From positions 62,001 through 126,000 of the forward strand of contig JAANOX010000029.1 of the NCBI GenBank assembly GCA_020184695.1: a stretch of 64,000 nucleotides of DNA, given 5' to 3'. The notes beneath the pieces were generated by a model. The model searched no databases, was not told where the DNA came from, and saw only the letters and a list, made by a program, of their open reading frames with translations. Position numbers and translations under genes: made by a program. The DNA comes from Histomonas meleagridis 2922-C6/04-290x. Lineage: Eukaryota > Protista > Parabasalia. Positions 55,662 to 64,000 of the stretch are shown one piece after another. The first letter of the stretch is position 1. Each line of letters starts with the position of its first letter.

Positions 55662-57836
55662 ATGAGCACATCAAAGATAAATTCCTTGCCAGACTTAATT
55701 GCACTTACAGAAATAATTTATAACATAAATACAAACAATCTTGATACATCTGTTTCTTCATTACGCGAATTTTATGATAATTCACGAACGTATTCATTCA
55801 ACTTGATCATCTGCCGTTTCATTTACACTTTGTTTGTAACAAGACTGAAAAATATAGATATAATTATTGAGTTTTTGAATTTAATTGAACAAGATGAAAA
55901 TAAAAATCAAGTTTCAATAATTGACATCTTTTCTCAATTCCTTCTGAAAAATAACTCACAAGAATCTAATTATCTTATCGGAAATTTGATAGAAAAAGGT
56001 TTAATTAACTCATCGATTACTAAAAATATGAAAAATTTATTTTTTTCACATTTTAAAGCAAATTTCGTTTTAAACTATCGCTATCAATTTTCTGAATATT
56101 TCTCCAAAAACCTTGAAAAACTTAAAGCGAATAATTGGGAACTTCATCAGAAATATGTTAAAGAAGGAATAAATCAGAATGAAATTGCGAAAATAATTCG
56201 GAATGATGAAATAGAAAAACTTCAAGAAATATCATCAGAAACAAACTTTGATTTTAATCAAACAATAATACCATCACTTTATGAAAGATATTCATTTATT
56301 AATCATAAAAATGTTACATTAATTGATTATGCAGCATTTTTTTCTTCAATTAAATGTTTTAAATATTTACTTATGAATGGAGCAAAATTAGATAAAACAG
56401 GTAAATATGCAGTTGCAGGTGGAAATGAAGAAATAATTCATTTATGTGAACAAAATCATTCAACATTTAAAGATGCATATGAAGCAGCAATAGAATTTCA
56501 TCGAAATGATATCTTTAAATATTTTTATGATAATAAGTTAAAAGAAATTAAGAATTTAGAAGAATTAGGAACAAAATGTGTTTTACATGATAATTATGAA
56601 CTTTTATCATTTTTACTTAAAGAAGAATTGAAAATAAATGAAAATATTCTCATTGCTTCAATCATAACAGGGAATTTATATATTACTCAATATTTTCTCG
56701 AAAGTAATCATATTCCTATTGATTTTTTGAAAATTTCGGGTTTTTCTGGAAATGTGGAACTTTATAACTATTTAATTAACAATAGATACATTGATTTTAG
56801 CAAGATTGTTTGCTTATTTCATTAGATTTTTATTAAAATATTTTATTGTTTCATAAAAATTTTTAAATTTTTTTTTAAATATTTTTAGCACTAACAAATG
56901 CTTCAAAAAGTGGTTATACAGAAATAGTTAAATTACTTCTTAAAAAAGAAGGAATTGATATTAATGCTAAAAATGAAATTTATTTTAATAATTTAATATT
57001 TCAAAATAATATTTGGAAATTATTTAAATTATATGATACGGCACTTATGTTAGCATCTAAAAATGATCGTACAGAAATAGTTAAATTACTTATTGAACAA
57101 AAAGGAATTGATATTAATGCTAAAGATATTTATTTGTTTTATTTAAAATTTATTTTAATAATTTCTTATTTCAAAATAATATTTGGAAATTATTTATATT
57201 ATTTGGAACAGCACTTATGTATGCATCTCAAAATGGTTATACAGAAATAGTTAAATTACTTCTTGAACAAGAGAATATTGATATTAATGCTAAAAGTATT
57301 TATTTGTTTTATTTGAAATTTATTTTAATAATTTTATGATATTTCAAAATAATATTTGGAAATTATTTAAAATATTTAATACAGCATTTATATGGGCATC
57401 TGAAAGAGGTCATAAAGGAATAGTTAAATTACTTCTTGAACAAGAAGGAATTGATATTAATGCAAAAAATATTTATTTGTTTTATTTAAAATTTATTTTA
57501 ATAATTTTCTATTTCAAAATATTATTTGGAAATTATTTAAATTATTTCTGACAGCACTTATTAGAGCATCTTGGAATGGTCACACTGAAATAGTTAAATT
57601 GCTTCTTGAACAAGAGAATATTGATATCGATGCTAAAAATATTTTTTTGTTTTATTTAAAATATTTTGAAAAAATATGAAATTTCATATAACATTTGGAA
57701 TTACTTATAAACATATAAAACAGCGCTTATGATAGCATCAGAAAAGAAAAATGCAGAAATTATTCGATTATTTGCAGACAAAATTCAACATCATAAATGT
57801 GACGACATAATAAAATTAAAAGATTCTCAAGGATAA
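55662..57836 (+). CDS. DUF3447 + ankyrin-repeat protein (locus C), six ankyrin cores separated by inserts
   Basis: Intact DUF3447 ORF to 56825 (ATG MSTSKIN at 55662), then six open ankyrin cores ending ..KLKDSQG* at 57836. Confidence 0.8.
56808..57719 (+). repeat. Ankyrin core / AT-rich insert array, locus C
   Basis: Inserts 56808-56884 (77 nt), 56975-57037 (63), 57128-57207 (80), 57298-57380 (83), 57471-57550 (80), 57641-57719 (79); five internal cores of 90 nt. Confidence 0.9.
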
Positions 57837-57996
57837 AAGAGGAAATATATAAATATTGAAATAAACATTTCCTAAATTCAGTTTGTCTTCACACTTTATT
57901 ATTAACGCATGAACAAATTGTTGAAAAACAAACAATATAAATGATAATGTTTAACAATAAAATGAACTAAAAAATGTATCAAATAAATATTTGATA

Positions 57997-58347
57997 TCAC
58001 CAAGGTTGAAATCCTCTAAAACGCATGAACGTTTGGAATTCTGGTGTGTAAATTTTTTGTTTTTGTGTTTTTGGCTTTTCAATTGATTTTCTTTCCTTTT
58101 TAATTATTCTAGATTTCTCTAAATTATTTTGATCAATATTCTCTTTTCCATTTCCGTACTCTTCTCTGATTGCTTTAGTTAGTCTTGTTGGTAGAGTTGA
58201 TCTTTTTCGGTAATATCTAATATTTTCCAAATAATATGCTTCTGGTGTCTCGAACCAATTATCATCCACTGGAGATTCTTTACCTTTCTCAAAGTTTACC
58301 CAATGAGGAGCAGAAAATTCCCAATCGAAATCAATTTCGTTTTCCAT
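57997..58347 (-). CDS. Small protein with a TPX2-like Aurora-binding N-terminal motif
   Basis: WEFSAPHWVNF..DNWFE resembles the TPX2 Aurora-A-binding pattern (Y/F-x-APx-x-x-F ... WF). Confidence 0.55.
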   Translation of the reverse strand: MENEIDFDWEFSAPHWVNFEKGKESPVDDNWFETPEAYYLENIRYYRKRSTLPTRLTKAIREEYGNGKENIDQNNLEKSRIIKKERKSIEKPKTQKQKIYTPEFQTFMRFRGFQPW

Positions 58348-58463
58348 GAAAAAAGAAAAAAAAAATGCATTTTAACGTACAATATTCAATTTATTGTAGG
58401 GGTGAAATTTAAATTGAATGTATTGAAATTTGATGTTTGTACATCAATAGTTGATGAGATTAT

Positions 58464-61136
58464 TTATCTTCTTCTTCTTCTATTTCCTGCAGCAGGAAGT
58501 GATGGGAAGCTCATTTCTTCTCCATCTTCTTTCTCATCATCTACATGCGGAGGTAATATTTCAACCTCATTTCGATAAAAAAATCCAGACTCATTTTCAG
58601 ATGGATTAAACTTAACGATCAATGAAGTAATATTATCTTTGCTTTGTAATGAAAAAGCGTAATTCTTCAAAGTATTTGCGGCATCTGTTGCAGATTTCGC
58701 TTCACGGACAATATTAGCAGCATATTCATCTTCTATTACATCCCAAATTCCATCACAAGCAATGATTAAAGCGACGTCATCATCTTCAATTTCGAAAGAT
58801 TTAATTTCGGGCTTAACGAACATTCCAGAATCTGAAATCCAGAAATCACCTAGTGATCTTGATACGGCCAACTTACGATTAATTCTACCTTCACTATTCA
58901 CAGTCAAACCTTTATCTTGTAATCTTCTTAATTCATCTCTTTGTAATGGTTTATTATCCTTTGTAATTCTTTCATAACCATTCTTCTTAATTCTAATTAC
59001 TCTTGAATCTCCAATACCTATAACATAACACGTATTATTATGAATATAAGCACTTGCTAAAGTAGTTCCATCATTAACCTTTAACAATCCCAAAACATTA
59101 TTAACATTTTCGATTGCCAATTTAAGGTCTTCAACGATATTATTTGAATTTGAAATTTTCGATAACTCATAAACTAAACAATTGGAAGCTATCGTTGAAG
59201 ATGAATTACCAGAATGTCCATCGAGCATTGCGAAGATATAATTATTATCATCCAATTGTTTAATAGTAATTGAATCTTCCATGTTCGGCCTTGTTCCCAT
59301 CGTTGAAGAATATCCAACACTAAACTTATTCCCATATGAAAAATGTGTATCATCCATTATATTAAATGTTAATGGAGGAATTCGTTCTTTATTATTATTA
59401 CCCAAATATTCCAACTTTTGTAATTCATCTAATGTCATAATTTGTGGTAATAATTTAATTAATGAATTTTGTATCGGATTCTTATTTAATGATAAGAACT
59501 TACAATTTGTAATTCCTTCGATGTTAATGTCATTTAATTCATTACAATCAAGTGATAAACAATTTAATTGACTTAACTCTAAGTTCGGTAATGACTTGAT
59601 TTTATTATATGATAAATCTAAATAATTTAATGCTTCTGGAAACTCAAAGTCATTAGGAATACTTTCAATTGCATTATGCGAAAGTGATAATGTCTTTAAC
59701 TTGGGCACTTTACTTAATACTTTCGGTATTTCGATAAAATGATTATTCGATAAGTCAAGTGCCTTCATAAAGAATAATGAAGTGATGCCCGATGGTAATG
59801 AATTCAATTTGTTGCCACTCATAACTAACGTTTGTAACTTAGAAAATGAAAATATTTGTTTCGGTATACTTTCAAATTCATTACATGTGCCAATGAACTT
59901 AAACGTTTTCCTGCAGTTTTGCATTGATTGTGGTAATTCCTTCAATTTATTAAACGATATATTAATATCGGATAACATTAAACAATTCTGGAAGCAGTCA
60001 GGAATTGAAGAGATTTCATTAAAGGAAATGTTTAACGTTCGTAATTGGGGCAGTTCAAATTCGGGTAATTCTTTGATTTTATTATTAGAAATATTTAATT
60101 CTTCTAATACTTTGCCATTAAGTAATGATTTTGGTAACGTTTTCAGTTGGTTATTATTTATATATAATTTCACTAGTTTATGCCCTTCTGGAATACAGTC
60201 CTTAACGTTCTCTATATCGTTGTACGATACATTTAACATAGTTAACGTTCCCATCGAACATAAGAACTTCTTCGATAATTTGGTAATATGGTTATGTGAT
60301 AAGTCAAATGTCTTAAGACTTGTTGGAAGTTCGATCTTTAATTCCCCTGATATTTCATTACGTGATATGAATATTGACCGAAGATCAGTAATGTCAAATA
60401 ATGACATAGGAAATTCTTTAAGTGAATTACCCGATAAGTTGATAGAGTGTGTACATAACTTCGACTTTACGTCAAATTGTTCAAATAGATTATATGACAA
60501 ATTAATTGATTTGAATTGTTGTGGAAAATCAATTTCTGGAAATGTACTTATTCTATTACCAAAAAGACCAATCTCTTCAAGCAATGGATACTGTGAAAGA
60601 ACTTGTGGAAATTCGGTGAAATTATTTCCATCGAGCATAATATTTGTCAATGACTGTGCAAGTTGTGGTACTTGCGAAGGGAGCTCACTAAGGTCACATG
60701 AAATTGCTTTGAGGTATTTGAGGTTTGGTAAGTTTTGGGCGAAGAGCGATGAAATATTGAAATTTGGATTATACGATACATCAATTGACACAAGTGTTTC
60801 TGGAAGCTTGACATCGATCTTTTGGATTTTGTTCCCTGTTAAGTTTAAGTAGCGCAAGTTGGTGAAGGAGAGGAAAAATGAGTCTGGGAATTGCGTTAAT
60901 TGGTTGTCAATGAAGTCAATAGTTTGGATGTTGCTATAGAAGTTAAGGCCCTTTGGTATTTTCGTGAGACGGCAACGATTTATCCGTGAAACGGTGACAT
61001 GCGATTTCAATTCTTCATTAGGTGGTATATCCGGAACGCGCATTGCCGATATATCGAAACCGGTGAGTTTCGTGTTCGAGAAGTATGCAGGGTCTAAGGG
61101 TGGAAGGTAAGCTTCGCTTTGGTGTTGAACCGACAT
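58464..61136 (-). CDS. Leucine-rich-repeat + PP2C phosphatase (PHLPP/Cyr1-like architecture)
   Basis: About 20 LxxLxLxxNxI repeats, then PP2C motifs RPNMED, LDGHSG, IGDSR, LAVSRSLGD, ACDGIWD, KDNIT. Confidence 0.93.
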   Translation of the reverse strand: MSVQHQSEAYLPPLDPAYFSNTKLTGFDISAMRVPDIPPNEELKSHVTVSRINRCRLTKIPKGLNFYSNIQTIDFIDNQLTQFPDSFFLSFTNLRYLNLTGNKIQKIDVKLPETLVSIDVSYNPNFNISSLFAQNLPNLKYLKAISCDLSELPSQVPQLAQSLTNIMLDGNNFTEFPQVLSQYPLLEEIGLFGNRISTFPEIDFPQQFKSINLSYNLFEQFDVKSKLCTHSINLSGNSLKEFPMSLFDITDLRSIFISRNEISGELKIELPTSLKTFDLSHNHITKLSKKFLCSMGTLTMLNVSYNDIENVKDCIPEGHKLVKLYINNNQLKTLPKSLLNGKVLEELNISNNKIKELPEFELPQLRTLNISFNEISSIPDCFQNCLMLSDINISFNKLKELPQSMQNCRKTFKFIGTCNEFESIPKQIFSFSKLQTLVMSGNKLNSLPSGITSLFFMKALDLSNNHFIEIPKVLSKVPKLKTLSLSHNAIESIPNDFEFPEALNYLDLSYNKIKSLPNLELSQLNCLSLDCNELNDINIEGITNCKFLSLNKNPIQNSLIKLLPQIMTLDELQKLEYLGNNNKERIPPLTFNIMDDTHFSYGNKFSVGYSSTMGTRPNMEDSITIKQLDDNNYIFAMLDGHSGNSSSTIASNCLVYELSKISNSNNIVEDLKLAIENVNNVLGLLKVNDGTTLASAYIHNNTCYVIGIGDSRVIRIKKNGYERITKDNKPLQRDELRRLQDKGLTVNSEGRINRKLAVSRSLGDFWISDSGMFVKPEIKSFEIEDDDVALIIACDGIWDVIEDEYAANIVREAKSATDAANTLKNYAFSLQSKDNITSLIVKFNPSENESGFFYRNEVEILPPHVDDEKEDGEEMSFPSLPAAGNRRRRR

Positions 61137-62331
61137 TTTGGAAAAACGTTTATTTTTGTGAGTGATTCAATGTTCACAAAAAGCTCTGACGATATGGTGC
61201 CAAAAGTTAACTTAAGCATTAAAACTCGAATGTGTACTTAATAAAAACGAAAGTAATTTGGTTTTTAAGAAGGATATCGGACGTAAATTCTATAATTAGT
61301 TGTTGGAAAATAAACACTCGGCGCTGGTAACAAAAAAATGGTTTCGTTTTTGGCGAAAATTCAGTTGGAAATTGACTGAACATTGCCAAATAAATCATTC
61401 AAACGAAATTCGGCGCCAAAAACAAGAAGCGGTTATATAAATTTTGCACGCGCATTCAAATCAGAGTCAGGTGACTGTGACATTTCGCAAAATGAGAGAA
61501 GCTTCGAGCCTTTGGAGTGGTACTACTTTCTATCGGAACAATTTCGAATTTTGTTCAGGAAGTTGAAGATGTTGTTTCATATTTAGTTCATAACAAAGTT
61601 CAAAAGAAGAAGTACTGTGGTTGCTTAAAAAGGAGAGGAGATATATCATCTTTCGATTTGATGTCTTTTTTTTTTTTGAATTAATTTATTCAAAATTTTT
61701 TTTGCTTAAAATGAAAATAGTGTCTTCAATAAGAACTCCTAAGCATTTTTTGTCTTGTGTATATGTTTATTTCCAAATTATTCTTTTGCAATTCATCTTC
61801 AAAAAGGAATTTGTGTGCTTTTTAATCGTTTCAAAAAAAAGTCAACTTCACGCAAGTTTACAACAAAAGTGGCTGCACAATGCTCAGCCAAATTTAGGGA
61901 TCCATTCATCATTATTAAACAAGCTTTCACCGATGTCTTACAAACAATGACTTGTATGAAAAATATGTTGTTATCCATTAAACAAGCTTTGAATCTTGAA
62001 ATAAAGAATTCACAAATTTCCAATATGTAAGCTTCTTGTAAATTTGAATTATGACCAACAAACACTCATATTGAGGGTTCCATTTCTACTTAAAACTTAT
62101 GTTTTATACCCATCTTTGGATGAGATTCATCCCAAAATTTCCGCCCGCAATCAATTGAATACGGTTTTTTTGAATACTTATCGAACACCATAATTATAAC
62201 TTTTTGAAAAAAGATTCAATGTAATCTGATCGTTTTTGTTTTTACACACGAAATTTTCACATTCCAATTATCGGGCGGTGAACTTTTTGAATGGCCAGTT
62301 TGGGGAAAAATTTTCACATCACCTCAATAAA

Positions 62332-62916
62332 ATGGAATCAAAATATGATATCAAAGTTATACTCTCAGGTGAATTTACCACTGGCAGAACATGCTTTATA
62401 TTCCGCTTGATCGATAGTGTTTTTCCAGATCAAGGACCATATTTCTTGCCAAATGGTCAAGCCACAAAAACATATGAGATTGAAGGAAAGACGTTAACTT
62501 TCCAGATCTATGATGTTATGGGTTCAGCAGATTTTCGCGAACAACCACCAAGTTATTATCAAGATGCAATGGGTGCAATTATTCTCTATGACATTACGAA
62601 TGAAGATACATTCCAAAAGGTTCCCTTTTTTATTCAAGAAGTTCGTCGCTATGCAGACAGTAAAGCTGTCATCATGCTAATTGGATCAAAATGCGATCTT
62701 GAAAACGATAGGAAAATTTCAACTAGCGAAGGCGCTGAACTCAGCAAGCGCGAGGGACTCATCTTCTATGAGGCATCACCGATCAATGGCACTAATGTTC
62801 ACGAAGCGTTTGCAGCTATGGCAACTAAAATTCTTCATGTTCTTGAGGGAAAAGAAGAACCAAAGCAAACTAATAACAAAAATGGAAAAGATAAGTCAAT
62901 TTGCAATTTGAGTTGA
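62332..62916 (+). CDS. Divergent Rab-family GTPase
   Basis: ATG MESKYDIKV after TCAC Inr-like motifs. YYQDAMGAIILYDIT and MLIGSKCDL are present; G1 reads GEFTTGRT and G3 DVMG; C-terminal CNLS. Confidence 0.85.
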   Translation: MESKYDIKVILSGEFTTGRTCFIFRLIDSVFPDQGPYFLPNGQATKTYEIEGKTLTFQIYDVMGSADFREQPPSYYQDAMGAIILYDITNEDTFQKVPFFIQEVRRYADSKAVIMLIGSKCDLENDRKISTSEGAELSKREGLIFYEASPINGTNVHEAFAAMATKILHVLEGKEEPKQTNNKNGKDKSICNLS

Positions 62917-63289
62917 TATATATCATTTATAAATAATGATATTAATTTTGAAATAAAAAATATTTTATGAGATGTAAGAAACGTATAATTATGTCTATGT
63001 ATGTATACATAAACGAAGTTTGGGTTAATTTCCAAATATAATTGTTGTGTAATTTAATAAATAATTTTCGAAAATTTTTTTGTGTTAAACAATATTATTT
63101 GTTAAAACAAAGTAAGATATTTCAATTTTTTTTAATAAAATTAAGAAAAGGATACTTTAATTGTATTCTATTGGAAATAAAAATGAAGCAAAGGTTGATA
63201 AAAAATTTCGAAATGAATATGGAAAACTTATTTCCAGCAAACAAATTGTTTTTCTGCAGTTAATCAGAATGAAATATCTTCACAGAATA

Positions 63290-63780
63290 AGATGAAATAT
63301 GTTCATATGTTACATTCATTGATTATGTAGCATTTTTTTCTTCGGTTAAATGTTTTAAATATTTACTCGTGATAATGTAAATGTATATACATTAATAATG
63401 CATACAATACAGTTAAAAATGCTGTTGAAAATGGAAACGAAAAAATCATTCATCGTTTAAAGGTGCTGATAAAACAGCGTTTAATTTTATCGCAATGATA
63501 TCTTTAAACATGATGATAAATTCGAAAAATTTTTGTTATAGAAAAATCAGGAAAGAAATGTGTTTTATGTCATAATTATGAGTTTTTATGTTTTTTGATA
63601 GAAAACGGAATTAATTAAAAATATATAAAAGCAAAAAATATTTATTTGTGTTTTTTAACTTAAAATTTTAAGGCTGTATGGAACTTAGTTTACTTATTTG
63701 AACAGAAAGAAAATGATATTAATGATAAAAATTTTTATTTGTTTTATTTAAAATTTTGACAATTAGAAATAATTTTAAAA
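63290..63780 (+). pseudogene. DUF3447-ankyrin relic including the start of the AT-rich insert
   Basis: VTFIDYVAFFSSVKCFKYLL near 63310-63370; EQKENDINDKN followed by ttttatttgttttatttaaaatt near 63730. Confidence 0.7.
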
Positions 63781-63894
63781 ATTAAACAAAAAGATGACAA
63801 AGTAATACTTTAATGATACTTTTGATGAAAAATTTATATTTTTAAATTAACGGTCATTTTATCTGGATATAAAAAGTGACGCATTGAAGATCCA

Positions 63895-64000
63895 ATGGTT
63901 GAAAAGTTTCTTGGAGAATATAAAAGTTTAAAGTCACGATGGAATCATGTAATAGATGATGCTTCAAAAGGAGTGATGCAAAAAGCATTGAATCAAATAA
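63895..64000 (+). CDS. Partial ORF running off the window end
   Basis: ATG at 63895 open to 64000 (MVEKFLGEYKSLKSRWNHVIDD..), preceded by AACGGTCATTTT (M3 + Inr-like) at 63849. Confidence 0.35.
   Translation, partial: MVEKFLGEYKSLKSRWNHVIDDASKGVMQKALNQI

Noticed and set aside
57295-57384. Canonical GT-AG intron using AAAA/GTATT and ACAG/CA
   Set aside because: GT at this position occurs in only two inserts (here and near 48440), some copies lack the AG (ACG GCA, ACT GTA), there is no ACTAAC branch motif, and the join would delete the conserved D and T of the ankyrin repeat.
57047-57551. Small ORFs 57047..57250, 57336..57551, 48197..48403, 48683..48895 and 5381..5587 as independent genes
   Set aside because: They are single ankyrin cores read into the neighbouring insert, parts of the arrays described above.
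61621-62100. Overlapping short ORFs between LRR-PP2C and the Rab, and a TTTGGCGC E2F-like site at 61413-61420
   Set aside because: No recognisable domain and several stops; a single 8-mer is not enough to call a binding site.
1-64000. tRNA, rRNA, snRNA genes, transposase or Maverick ORFs, canonical parabasalid introns
   Set aside because: No T-loop/anticodon cloverleaf, rRNA or U-snRNA signature, integrase or transposase motif, or ACTAAC..AG intron end was found by eye; a covariance-model scan would be needed to exclude them.

Overview
AT-rich eukaryotic genomic DNA, almost certainly from a parabasalid protist (Trichomonas/Histomonas/Tritrichomonas-like; inferred from DUF3447-ankyrin and BspA families, Trichomonas-type FeSOD and Inr/M3/M5 core-promoter motifs). 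It holds about 30 compact, apparently intronless genes: acyltransferase, HAD phosphatase, CK1, Tom40, AP-3 beta, proteasome alpha4, RPL17, RPS25, Rabs, a mucolipin-like channel, FeSOD, CEPT, formin and LRR-PP2C. Pseudogene relics of expanded families lie between them. No tRNA, rRNA, CRISPR or transposase was recognised. The most striking signal is in three DUF3447-ankyrin loci. Each ankyrin repeat is an invariant 90-nt open core, separated from the next by a homologous 63-83-nt AT-rich insert at the same codon position. Ten of 14 inserts break the frame, and none has consistent GT-AG or parabasalid branch-point signals, so they are candidate non-canonical introns or recoding elements. Also notable: a ~0.9-kb inverted duplication (FeSOD plus the RPS25 5' end) flanking CEPT, steep GC rises at gene 3' ends, two probable bacterial gene transfers, a sphingolipid-synthase fusion, and an internally deleted beta-adaptin pseudogene. 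Several +1 homopolymer insertions look like assembly error and limit some pseudogene calls. All family assignments come from remembered motifs, not database searches.
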